Assembly: GCA_964554375.1 (NCBI GenBank)
Contig: CAZKOL010000004.1
Coordinates: 16,535-80,534, forward strand
From: an uncultured Dehalococcoidales bacterium
GTDB taxonomy: Bacteria > Chloroflexota > Dehalococcoidia > GIF9 > UBA5629
Reading direction: 5' to 3'
Length of the DNA: 64,000 bases
Shown here one piece after another: positions 8,099 through 17,570 of this stretch. Within the stretch, counting starts at the first letter, position 1. Every line of letters starts with the position of its first letter. The position numbers and the translations under genes are program-made. The notes below the pieces were generated by a model. That model saw only the letters and a program-made list of their open reading frames with translations. It ran no database searches and had not been told where the DNA came from.

Positions 8099-9926
8099 AG
8101 ATTTTAATATTCTCCGCGTACCAATACACTACACGTGATTGGTTCATCGTATTACGTAAAATCATGAAATGATGAAGTGCGCGTGGATATTGCTTTAAAT
8201 CTTTGCCTCCAAATACATTTCTCTGCCTAATTAAATTGTTATGATAATCCGTATCTGCCTCTTGAATTGGCCGTATCTCATGTATTGCGATGTATCCTGC
8301 ATGCGGTTTTGTATTGATTCTAATGAAGTCAATTATGTATTCCGGCAGAACCTCATCGCCGAATTCCTTATTGATTTTTTCTAATTTACCTATCTCATCA
8401 ATGATACGGTCGTGGATTATTTCCTCAATTCTATTTGAATACTTGAAGACTGCGAATAACATCTCGCCTTCTTTTAGAACCACCGCTCTTTTATCTATGC
8501 TACCTGACGCGGCCGGCGTGATTCGATTGTCAGCAAGCCAGATGGGTGCACCTCTTTTTGTCTTTATAGCTTGTAGTGACAGATAATGATATACAAAACA
8601 CCTGTGCCAATCCGCATATAATGTTTTTGGTATAGATAATTCAAATAGATCCAGATATCCCTTCCGATTTCCAAACATTCTTGCTCTTTGTATATAAGTA
8701 TCTTGCTGTATTCGATGCTTGGCATCCCTGGTGAAAAACATGCTTAATAGGTTATTGATTGTGATGCCTCTTGATATCATATTGCCACCGATTATTATCG
8801 TAAATAGAGACGGTGGTTCAGTCGTGATCATGCTGCTTTTTTTCTGGTAATTCATGACCTCAACAAATTTTTTCCCCAGATGGCTGATCACAAATTCTAC
8901 TATCTTATCAGCAGTTTTTTCGCCATATTTATTATTTGCAGTCTCCCAAAGTCGTCTAATGTATTTATCTCGTTGCTGGTCGCCATTGTCATTTAAGATG
9001 CGTAGAACGTCAGATACCACTTTTTTATCTTTGTCATGAGCATCTGTTTTTCCACTTGTGTGGATTAGAAAACAGCATTTAACATCGTCATGAAGAGCTG
9101 TTGTCATTTTATTCTTAATATTTTCATCAATATTGACGTACCCGACATTTACTATAAATCTTAATAATGCATCTATAAGGTATTTAGGATCGTCCCCTGT
9201 ATCCTTCAAAGGTACTAATGAATAATGCAGTGGTACCGTCAGGTCAATGGGAAAGAATTCATTTTTACCCACATAGTATTCGTGTGGTTCAAAGCACAGC
9301 CAGTTCTTTGAAATATTGTCGAAAGTATTATTTAAGTCTATTCGCGCCGGTGTAGCAGTAACGCCTACATAAATTCCATTGTTATCGAGTAGCTTGTTTA
9401 TTTCATCGTTTATCCTGCTTCTCTCATTTTTATTTATTTTTGAATTAGGAGAGGCGAAGTCAGCTTCGTCGTCAATGACAACCTTGCCGCGTTTGTTGCG
9501 CAGATATTCATTTAATTTCTTTAAAACGTTAGCGTTTTTCCTCGAAAATATAATGCATCGGTCGTCAACCATTTTCGGATCAGTAACAGAAATAATATCA
9601 ACCGGTGTCGGATCTATGTCCGAATCTTGAAATCGCTTCAGATTTTGTTCCAATAACGGGATAGTGTCATTTATTAGAATTACTATGTTTTTGTGTCCAA
9701 GGTCTTGCAGTTTCGAGGTTAAAGCGACCATCATTTCAGTTTTACCACTTTGCGGCTCACCATATATTACAAATGACTTGGCACCCGATTCCAAATTACC
9801 TACGGCTTCCATAACCGTTTTTTCGATGTGTTCTGTGTTCTTTCCTCTGTTACGTAATGCGTTGATATGTCTGTCGTATCTATCGGCATCAGAAGTTAGA
9901 TCTTTGAATTTGTTAATATCGAACAT
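8067..9926 (-). CDS. Z1-domain SF2-helicase-like ATPase (defence-island associated)
   Basis: 619 aa. Walker A VIYGEPQSGKTEM, Walker B VVIDDEADFASP, motif III GVTATPARI, and a C-terminal IIIGGNMISRGITINNL segment typical of Z1-domain proteins. AT-rich codon usage. Confidence 0.7.
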   Translation of the reverse strand: MFDINKFKDLTSDADRYDRHINALRNRGKNTEHIEKTVMEAVGNLESGAKSFVIYGEPQSGKTEMMVALTSKLQDLGHKNIVILINDTIPLLEQNLKRFQDSDIDPTPVDIISVTDPKMVDDRCIIFSRKNANVLKKLNEYLRNKRGKVVIDDEADFASPNSKINKNERSRINDEINKLLDNNGIYVGVTATPARIDLNNTFDNISKNWLCFEPHEYYVGKNEFFPIDLTVPLHYSLVPLKDTGDDPKYLIDALLRFIVNVGYVNIDENIKNKMTTALHDDVKCCFLIHTSGKTDAHDKDKKVVSDVLRILNDNGDQQRDKYIRRLWETANNKYGEKTADKIVEFVISHLGKKFVEVMNYQKKSSMITTEPPSLFTIIIGGNMISRGITINNLLSMFFTRDAKHRIQQDTYIQRARMFGNRKGYLDLFELSIPKTLYADWHRCFVYHYLSLQAIKTKRGAPIWLADNRITPAASGSIDKRAVVLKEGEMLFAVFKYSNRIEEIIHDRIIDEIGKLEKINKEFGDEVLPEYIIDFIRINTKPHAGYIAIHEIRPIQEADTDYHNNLIRQRNVFGGKDLKQYPRALHHFMILRNTMNQSRVVYWYAENIKIYENLCQKANG

Positions 9927-10191
9927 TTTGTGCTCTTTGTATAATTAGCTTTCTCGACTTATTATGAATGCAATAACTTCGTAAATTGTCTACACCGATC
10001 TGCGCAGGATTATATAACTCTTTTTATAACTACGCAATACTATTAATGTTCTAAACCCGTCAATACCCTATAAGACCCTGACAAACCCCTTTTTAACAGT
10101 CTAAATATGCTGACGCGGCTGTCAATGGCTATGTATTTACTTGAAAATGCACAACGTGAGGGTAACTACGACCTGGCAGCCCTGGCCGTTC

Positions 10192-10462
10192 CTACATGCC
10201 GTCGAGCGCAGTCACTCCCATGAGGTGGAGCGCCCTGGCCAAGACTATTTGTGCGGCCATCACCAGCTTCAGCCTGGCAGCCGTAAGGTCCGCATCTTCC
10301 GAGATGACGCGGCACTGCTCATGGAAAGGACTGTAAGACCGTGTCCAGGTCCTGGGCGTAGAAAGGCAGGTGATGCAGCTGGTGTGACAGCGCAACTGTC
10401 TCGATTATCTCCAGCATCCTGGCCATGCTGCGTATCAGCGCCAACTGGGGCTCCTCAATCAG
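10192..10462 (-). pseudogene. Duplicated, diverged 3'-terminal fragment of argS (about 90 codons), the left direct repeat of the integration signature
   Basis: Translation [43 protein letters not shown] parallels the ArgS C-terminus [43 protein letters not shown] encoded at 12484-12753. Nucleotide similarity extends across 10085-10462 versus 12226-12753. Confidence 0.75.
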
Positions 10463-10469
10463 GTTTCAT

Positions 10470-12143
10470 CTATTTCACAATCGTTATCTGCCGTGGATCG
10501 GTCGCTATAATGCACGGAGCCCCCTTGTAACGGTCGATTTTCCCCAGAACCCTCACATTATTATCCATATAGGTAAACACGTCAGGGAATTTCTTGAAGT
10601 CCTGGATATTGATGACCACCCTGAAATCAGTTCCGCACTGTCCCTGTTTCCAAGCGTCGTAGTTGTTACAATGTTGATTCGGATTATCAAAATATAGCAA
10701 CATGGGTCGGGTTTCTACGTCCCAGGCACTGGCATATTCAACAACTGACCCTTCGATAGCTACTTCCTTGCCCAAATATTTGTTTATTTTTTCTAAGTCT
10801 AAAGCAGAAATTGTCGTTTCCGGTTTAATAGTTATCTCGGCCATTGTTGGCGCCTTTAGTTTCTCGGCCAATTCGTAGGGCACTTTCCCCCAGTTTGGTG
10901 ATCCATCAGCATAGTTGTTATTAATAATCCTTGTTACGTTGCTTCCATCTGCATCCATGGTATATATTTGCCATGCGTTTTTAAAGCGAATACCGAAATC
11001 CAATGGTTTACCATCTCTATCCGATACGAATGCTATCTTTTTGCCATCGGGTGACCATTCCGACCAATCGTTAAACTGACCATGTCCACCAATATTTTGC
11101 GCTTGAGTTAAATTTATTTGATGACTTCCATCAGAATTCATAACATAAATATCGTAAATTTCGGTATTTACATCTTTTTTAGAACTTAGGTAGGCTATTT
11201 TGCTGTCATCAGGAGAGTATGCTCCACCTCCGTCCCAGGTGACATATTGCGATGTCAAAGTTTTAATGCTTTTCATCAGTGGATTTGAATTTGGATCGAA
11301 CAATGACGTACTAGTGCGTGCTGGTTTGAGAACCAATCTGTTACCTGTATATGACCACGATTCACCGGAATAGTTGTCTGGAGTGGAGTTGAAAATAATC
11401 TGCTTGACCATATCGTAATCTATGTCAATTTCCCACAAACTATATCCACCATCGCCCAAAGTATTACATATCAGCTTTTTCCCATCACGTGACCATTTTG
11501 GCCATGAATACGCTTCTGGCGTTGTAGTAATTTTCAAGAATTTGGTTCCCTCTGCATTCATAACCCAAATGTGACCGTAATTTGAATGTGTAGAACAAAA
11601 TACAATCATAGTGCCATCCGGTGACCAACTGGGCATGCTATCCCATTTAAGACTGCCAGTGAGATTCTTGACATTTCCACCATCTACATCCATAACGAAA
11701 ATATCCCAGTTGTTATCTCCTTTATTATCAGGTTCCCATTTTCTGTCTGAGACGAATAATATCTTTTTCCCATCAGGTGACAAACTGGGTATTAAATCCA
11801 TATCTGAGTTATTTGTTAAGTTCACCTGGTTATTACCGTCTGGATCCATGATATAGATTTCATAATTATTCCCAGATAACACATTCCAGCCTTTTGCCCA
11901 GTCCCACTGCCACGTGGCATCGCGCAACGACCAGAATACGATTTTCTCCTGATATTCTGGATTCTGTGGCAAAGCGGCCGGTTTAGTCAGAGTCTTATTA
12001 TCAACCTCGGTCGGGGATTGGGGTTTTATTGATTGATTATCAACAACAACCGGTAGGGGAGTCTTAATACCAGGTGTACAACTTACAAAAATTGTAATAA
12101 TAACCAATAATGAAACGGCTATAACGACTGACATTTTAACCAT
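10470..12143 (-). CDS. TolB-like beta-propeller (PD40-repeat) lipoprotein with an uncharacterised C-terminal domain
   Basis: 557 aa. Signal peptide/lipobox FVSC, a Pro/Gln-rich linker, repeated SPDG/SWSPDGK PD40 motifs, and low GC content. Confidence 0.7.
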   Translation of the reverse strand: MVKMSVVIAVSLLVIITIFVSCTPGIKTPLPVVVDNQSIKPQSPTEVDNKTLTKPAALPQNPEYQEKIVFWSLRDATWQWDWAKGWNVLSGNNYEIYIMDPDGNNQVNLTNNSDMDLIPSLSPDGKKILFVSDRKWEPDNKGDNNWDIFVMDVDGGNVKNLTGSLKWDSMPSWSPDGTMIVFCSTHSNYGHIWVMNAEGTKFLKITTTPEAYSWPKWSRDGKKLICNTLGDGGYSLWEIDIDYDMVKQIIFNSTPDNYSGESWSYTGNRLVLKPARTSTSLFDPNSNPLMKSIKTLTSQYVTWDGGGAYSPDDSKIAYLSSKKDVNTEIYDIYVMNSDGSHQINLTQAQNIGGHGQFNDWSEWSPDGKKIAFVSDRDGKPLDFGIRFKNAWQIYTMDADGSNVTRIINNNYADGSPNWGKVPYELAEKLKAPTMAEITIKPETTISALDLEKINKYLGKEVAIEGSVVEYASAWDVETRPMLLYFDNPNQHCNNYDAWKQGQCGTDFRVVINIQDFKKFPDVFTYMDNNVRVLGKIDRYKGAPCIIATDPRQITIVK

Positions 12144-12282
12144 TCTTCTGCCTCCATAGATCTCCGATACTATAGTTTAGGTTATCCGTCATAACAATGC
12201 CACTATGCGAGTGCCCCACCCGACCCTGACAAAACCCCCTTTTTTAATGCGCACAAATGTACTATTATGGTAGTCAACGGCC

Positions 12283-12400
12283 ATGTCTTTACTTGAAAAA
12301 GCGCTACGGGAAGGTAATTACGAGTTGGCGGCTCTGACCATCGTCTACGGCATGCTCAGAGTGTTACATGATAGAAAAGAAGCAGAAAGGGGCCCCCCAG
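12283..12400 (+). other. Small ORF/conserved segment (MSLLEKALREGNYELAAL...) that is part of the duplicated attachment-like region; a diverged copy begins at 10125
   Basis: The two copies share MxxLLExAxREGNY(D/E)LAAL. Coding status is uncertain. Confidence 0.25.
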
Positions 12401-12483
12401 GGGCAACCAGAACGCCCGGAGGCACGGGTTCTACAGCTTTTGCTTTCGTTCGCAATGACGGGGTGAGGAGGGGCCGGCGCGTC

Positions 12484-14142
12484 CTACATCTTATCCGGCG
12501 CGGTCATGCCCATCAGGTGTAGCGTCCTGGCCAGGACTATTCTTGCGGCCAGTACGAGCTTCAGCCGGGCGGCGGTCAGGTCCGCGTCTTCCGAGATGAC
12601 GCGGCACTGTTTATAGAAGGAATGAAAGACCGTGGCCAGGTCCTGGGCGTAGAAGGTCAGGTGATGGGGCTGGTGTGACAGCGCGACGGTCTCGATGATC
12701 TCAGGCATTTTGGCCATGCTGCGTATCAGGGTCAACTCCGGCTCCTCAATCAGCAGGCTTGTATCGCCGTTGGCGAAGTCGATCCCTTTCTCCGCTGCGT
12801 TGCGCAGGATGCTGCTGATGCGCGCGTGCGCGTACTGCACATAATAGACCGGGTTGTCGGCGGACTGCTTTATGGCCAGCTCCAGGTCGAAGTCCATCTG
12901 GCTATCAGCCGAGCGCGACAGGAAAACGAAGCGGCAGGCATCGGGGCCGACCTCCTCCAGCAGCTCGCGCAGTGTGATGATATCGCCGCTCCTTTTGGAG
13001 ATTTTAACCGCCTCTTTGCCGCGCCTCAGTGTGACAAGCTGGCAGATGATGATCTCGAGCCTTTCGGAGTCGATGCCCAGCGCTCCCAGCACTACCTTCA
13101 TCCGCTGGACATGGCCCTGGTGATCAGCCCCCCAGATGTCGATGACATTGTCGAACTTCCTCACGGCGAACTTGTCGTAGTGATATGCAATATCGGAGGC
13201 AAAATAGGTGGGTGTACCATCGGAGCGCACCAGGACATTATCCTTGTCCTCTCCCAGGGTGGAGGAGGTGAACCAGGTGGCATTCTCCCTTTCTGCTATA
13301 TAGCCACCGTCCCTCAGCATGCGCATCGTGTCGTCATACCGGCCGCTCTTGAACAGGCTTTGCTCGCTGAACCACTCATTGAAGGTTACGCCCAGCGTTT
13401 CAAGGTCCTGCCTGATCTGCTGCATCTCCCTCTCTATCCCGATCTGACCGATCTCCGCCACGGCGCGCTCCTCAGGCAGGCCGGCGTATTTATCTCCGTA
13501 TTGCTTAACGAGTTCCCTGGCCAGGTCTACGAGATAGCTGCCGTGATACCCGTTGGCCGGTACCTCGACCTCCTTTCCCAGGGCCTGCAGGTAGCGTGCA
13601 TACAATGACCGGTGGAAAGCCTCGAGCTGGCTGCCGGCATCATTTATGTAATATTCCGTTGAAACCCTGTAGCCGGCCGCTTTAAGGACGTTGGCCAGCG
13701 TGCTGCCCAGCACGGCCCCCCGCCCATGTCCCACGTGAAGGGGCCCGGTGGGATTTCCGCTGACGAACTCAATCTGGATGCTTTTGTCCTCAAGTTGTAT
13801 GTTGCCGTAAGCCTCGCCTGCCCGGCAGATGGCGTCCACCTGGCGGTTCAGCCATTTTTTACTCAGCGTAAAGTTGATAAACCCCGGCGGCGCCGCAGCA
13901 ACCTTCTCTAAATCGCTGTCCGGTGACATGTGATCAACTATGGCAGCGGCCACGTCCATGGGCTTCATCCCGGTCAGCCGCGCCAGCTTGAGTGGCAGGC
14001 TGCTGGCATAGTCTCCGTGTTCCGGCCTGGCAGGCCTCTCGATTGTTATCTCCGGCAGGCTGGAGTTACCCACCAGGCCTTTTTCGCCAGCCATGGCAAA
14101 GGCCTGCTCCAGCATTTCAGCCAGCCGTTTTTTAAAAATCAT
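12484..14142 (-). CDS. argS: Arginine--tRNA ligase
   Basis: 552 aa class I aaRS with HVGHGRG (HIGH) and KISKRSG (KMSKS) motifs, plus an N-terminal Arg-tRNA-synthetase add-on domain. Confidence 0.92.
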   Translation of the reverse strand: MIFKKRLAEMLEQAFAMAGEKGLVGNSSLPEITIERPARPEHGDYASSLPLKLARLTGMKPMDVAAAIVDHMSPDSDLEKVAAAPPGFINFTLSKKWLNRQVDAICRAGEAYGNIQLEDKSIQIEFVSGNPTGPLHVGHGRGAVLGSTLANVLKAAGYRVSTEYYINDAGSQLEAFHRSLYARYLQALGKEVEVPANGYHGSYLVDLARELVKQYGDKYAGLPEERAVAEIGQIGIEREMQQIRQDLETLGVTFNEWFSEQSLFKSGRYDDTMRMLRDGGYIAERENATWFTSSTLGEDKDNVLVRSDGTPTYFASDIAYHYDKFAVRKFDNVIDIWGADHQGHVQRMKVVLGALGIDSERLEIIICQLVTLRRGKEAVKISKRSGDIITLRELLEEVGPDACRFVFLSRSADSQMDFDLELAIKQSADNPVYYVQYAHARISSILRNAAEKGIDFANGDTSLLIEEPELTLIRSMAKMPEIIETVALSHQPHHLTFYAQDLATVFHSFYKQCRVISEDADLTAARLKLVLAARIVLARTLHLMGMTAPDKM

Positions 14143-14209
14143 GTTTTCCCCCGAAATATCAGCAAAATTTGTCTGATAACTACCGGTTTCTCACCCGGAA
14201 AGTACTATT

Positions 14210-16696
14210 TTAATTGTTTTCTATGCTTTTATGCCAGATTCTATAGTATTCCAGGCGTAAAAGCTCATTTTCAACTGCTGTTAAACCGGGGTCCTTTTCA
14301 AACAGTATCCCGGCTTCCCTGCGGGCCAGCTCCAGCAGGCGAACATCCGACAACCTGGCCATCTTCAAGTCGGGCAGGCCGCTCTGGCGCGTTCCGAAAA
14401 ACTCGCCAGGTCCCCTCAGTTCAAGGTCCTTCTCGGCGAGCGCAAAACCATCGGTCAACTCCTCTATGGCCCTCAGTCTCTCCTGACCGTATTCCGAGGG
14501 GTTCTCCGACAGCAGTATACAATAACTCTGGTTCTCACCCCGGCCAACCCTCCCACGGAACTGGTGCAACTGGGAAAGGCCGAACCGGTCAGCCGCCTCC
14601 ACCAGCATCACGGTTGCGTTGGGCACGTCTATGCCGACCTCTACCACCGAAGTAGAGATCAGTACATCCAGCGCGCCGTCTTTGAAGTCGTGCATTACGG
14701 CTTCCTTGTCGGCGTTTTTCATCCTGCCATGCAGCAGTCCCAGCCTTAAATCGGGAAAAATCTCGCTCGACAGGCGCTTATGTTCAGCCACGGCGGCCTT
14801 TGCCTCCAGGCTCTCGGACTCTTCGATCAAAGGGCAGATAATAAAGGACTGGCGCCCCTCGCCAGCCTGCTTCCTGATAAAATTGTATGCGCGCTGGCGG
14901 TCCTGCGGCTTCAACCAGCGTGTTTTGATCACCTGCCTGCCCGCAGGCATCTCGTCTATGGTCGATATATCCAGGTCGCCGAAAAGGGTCAGCGCCAGTG
15001 TCCTGGGTATGGGTGTGGCCGTCATGACCAGCAGGTGAGGATTATACCCTTTCTGTTTTAAAGCTGAGCGCTGCAGCACGCCGAAGCGGTGCTGCTCATC
15101 TACCACAGCCAGACCCAGAGCGGCAAACTGAACCCCCTTCTGCACCAGCGCATGTGTCCCAACAACTATATCCACCTCTCCCCGCCTCAGCAATTCGTGT
15201 ATCCTGGATTTGTCCCCGGCGGCAAGGCTGCCCGTGAGCAGGGCAACGCTTATCTCGCGCTGCATGATGCCCTTAAATGTGATGATATTCGTTTCCCTGC
15301 TGCTGCCGGTTGATACGGCCGACAACAGACTGTAAAGAGTTGTGAAATGCTGCTCGGCGAGTATCTCGGTCGGCGCCATAAGGGCGCCCTGGCAACCATT
15401 GGCTGCCGCCTCCAGCAGCGCCACGGTGGCAACGACTGTCTTGCCGCTGCCCACGTCGCCCTGCAGCAAACGCGACATGGGCACGTCGCGGCCCAGGTCC
15501 CGGCATATCTCGTCTATCACCCTGAGCTGCGCGGAGGTCAGCTTGAAAGGCAATGCCTCGACAAATCCATTTATATTTTTTTGTTCGATGCGGAATCGCC
15601 GTCCCGGCTGTTCCTCCTGCCAGTTACGCTTCTTGCTGAGCACACCGAGCTGCAACAGGAAAAGCTCGTCGAAAGCCAGTCTCTGGCGGGCTTTATTCTG
15701 TGATGCGTAATCGATGGGATAGTGCGCCTGCATAACCGCATCCTGCAACTCCATCAGCCCGCAGCGCTGCCTGACCGGGGACGGGAGGAATTCGGGCAGG
15801 TTCCCCAGGTACACATCCAGCGCACTTCTGACCATGGTCCTGACCTGCCTGGGGTAAAGGCCGCCGGTCAAAGGGTAAACGGGGACCATCCGCCCCGTAT
15901 GAAGCAACTCCCTGTCGTCCACCACCTCCCACTCGGGATTTTCGAATACCTTGATATAGTTGAACTCGCCCACCCTGCCGCTGAGAGCAACTTTAGCATT
16001 GACTTTGAGCTGCTTTGCCACCCACGGCTGGTTAAACCATACGGCGCGCACGTTGCCGGTCTCGTCTCCCAGGACGGCCTCGGTGCTTTTCATGCGGCCC
16101 AGCATAACCTGGCGGGCTTCCCATACATTGACGAATATGGTCTGCTCTTTTCCGGTTTCCAGTGTTGATACGGTGCGGCGCTGGCTGAAATCCATGAAAC
16201 GCCGCGGAAAAAAATAGAGAAGGTCTCTTATGCAGTCGACCCCCAGCCTGGCTAAACGGACAGCGATAGTCTGTCCCACCCCTTTTACCCCAGCCACCGG
16301 CCAATCCAATGATGCGACCGCCACCGCGCCCGGTTTGGGCTTCTTTATTACCCCAACCCCGGTCTTCTGCGCAGCAGATTCTCCTTGCTGTGCAGCAATA
16401 TCACAACCCTTCTCCACATGGTCCAGTTCTTGCAACACCGATGCCACCCATATGCGACGCGCATCGACGCTCCTTTCAGCATAGGCGGGCGGGCTGAGCA
16501 GCAAAGTTTTTAATTGCGGGCAGAACACAGAAAAATCATGGCCGGGCGAGCACTGTGAAACCCACCTGGCCACGTATTTGTCGAGGCCGCCTATGACTGC
16601 GCGGTTGGCATAACCGTTTGTGGCTTCCAGATTTAATACAGTTCTGAAAATAGCGGCGCTGTCAACAAAAGGCTGCATCATGGACGCCGCTTTCAC
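14210..16696 (-). CDS. recG: ATP-dependent DNA helicase RecG
   Basis: Helicase motifs GDVGSGKT, VVDEQHRFGV, VMTATPIPRTLA, plus an N-terminal wedge region. Synteny downstream of yloV/degV also supports the call. The N-terminal start is uncertain. Confidence 0.88.
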   Translation of the reverse strand: MKAASMMQPFVDSAAIFRTVLNLEATNGYANRAVIGGLDKYVARWVSQCSPGHDFSVFCPQLKTLLLSPPAYAERSVDARRIWVASVLQELDHVEKGCDIAAQQGESAAQKTGVGVIKKPKPGAVAVASLDWPVAGVKGVGQTIAVRLARLGVDCIRDLLYFFPRRFMDFSQRRTVSTLETGKEQTIFVNVWEARQVMLGRMKSTEAVLGDETGNVRAVWFNQPWVAKQLKVNAKVALSGRVGEFNYIKVFENPEWEVVDDRELLHTGRMVPVYPLTGGLYPRQVRTMVRSALDVYLGNLPEFLPSPVRQRCGLMELQDAVMQAHYPIDYASQNKARQRLAFDELFLLQLGVLSKKRNWQEEQPGRRFRIEQKNINGFVEALPFKLTSAQLRVIDEICRDLGRDVPMSRLLQGDVGSGKTVVATVALLEAAANGCQGALMAPTEILAEQHFTTLYSLLSAVSTGSSRETNIITFKGIMQREISVALLTGSLAAGDKSRIHELLRRGEVDIVVGTHALVQKGVQFAALGLAVVDEQHRFGVLQRSALKQKGYNPHLLVMTATPIPRTLALTLFGDLDISTIDEMPAGRQVIKTRWLKPQDRQRAYNFIRKQAGEGRQSFIICPLIEESESLEAKAAVAEHKRLSSEIFPDLRLGLLHGRMKNADKEAVMHDFKDGALDVLISTSVVEVGIDVPNATVMLVEAADRFGLSQLHQFRGRVGRGENQSYCILLSENPSEYGQERLRAIEELTDGFALAEKDLELRGPGEFFGTRQSGLPDLKMARLSDVRLLELARREAGILFEKDPGLTAVENELLRLEYYRIWHKSIENN

Positions 16697-16714
16697 ACAC
16701 TGTATTCACCGGCG

Positions 16715-17551
16715 CTATTTGCCCTCGATGAAACTCACTAAAAGCACGTGGGGGCCGACGTGGGCGCCGATGACTGAATTGACCGTGCCGAAAACTGTCT
16801 TTTCCCTGGGGTAGAACTCTGCCACCCTCCTGGCCAGTATCTCCAGCTCATCCGGAGTAGTAGCGTGCTCGAGCATAAGAGCTTCGATTTTGTTGGCGCC
16901 TTTCACCAGGTTGACCAGCGCATCGATGGCCTGGGTCCTGCTCCTCGTGCGCTGTACCGGCGTGACCACGCCATCGCGCAGCGTCAGGATAGGGGTGATC
17001 TTGAGCAATCCGCCCAGCAGGGCCTGGGCGCGCCCGATCCTGCCGCCCTTACGCAGGTACTCCAGCGTATCGAAGACCATGTAAGAGTGAGACCGGGAGC
17101 ACATGTCTTTTACGGATGCAACTATGTCCACCAGCTTGGCTCCACTCTGAATCATCTCGGCGGCCTTGATGACGGGCAGGCCTAATCCGCCGCAGGTCTG
17201 CAGTGAATCCACGATCTCGATTTTGCAGATATCGCCCACCAGTGCCTTGGCCTGGACGGCGCTCTCGTAAGTAGCACTGATCTTGCTGGAAAAGAGTATC
17301 AGTAGAATCTCGTCTGTTTCTTTGGATAACCTGGTGAGTATCTCGGAAAAATACCCCGGAGACTGCGCGGAAGTAGTGGGATGTACCCTGGATTCTACCA
17401 GCTTCTTATAAAACTGCTCTGCATTGATATCTATGCCGTCCCGGTAAGTCTCGTTGCCGAAGAGAACATTGATGGGAACGATGGCGATGCCGTATTTTTT
17501 GATGATATCTGCCGGGATGTCACAGGTGCTGTCGGTAACAAGTTTAATCAT
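16715..17551 (-). CDS. DegV family fatty-acid-binding protein
   Basis: 278 aa. Begins MIKLVTDSTCDIP, typical of DegV/EDD-fold proteins. Confidence 0.85.
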   Translation of the reverse strand: MIKLVTDSTCDIPADIIKKYGIAIVPINVLFGNETYRDGIDINAEQFYKKLVESRVHPTTSAQSPGYFSEILTRLSKETDEILLILFSSKISATYESAVQAKALVGDICKIEIVDSLQTCGGLGLPVIKAAEMIQSGAKLVDIVASVKDMCSRSHSYMVFDTLEYLRKGGRIGRAQALLGGLLKITPILTLRDGVVTPVQRTRSRTQAIDALVNLVKGANKIEALMLEHATTPDELEILARRVAEFYPREKTVFGTVNSVIGAHVGPHVLLVSFIEGK

Positions 17552-17570
17552 GCCTTAACCCTCCCTTAGC

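Noticed and set aside
10141-10530. 129-aa plus-strand ORF over the argS-fragment region
   Set aside because: It is an out-of-frame or antisense read of the duplicated argS 3' fragment. The minus-strand frame reproduces the ArgS C-terminus, so this ORF is spurious.
12826-13608. 260-aa plus-strand ORF
   Set aside because: Lies entirely antisense within argS, a GC-rich antisense artefact. The same judgement applies to similar long antisense ORFs at 20234-21103 (in argH), 21898-22857 (argG), 22796-23728 (argD), 26206-27132 (mutS), 29454-30692 (GH57), 32649-33665 (glk) and 62355-63311 (AOR).
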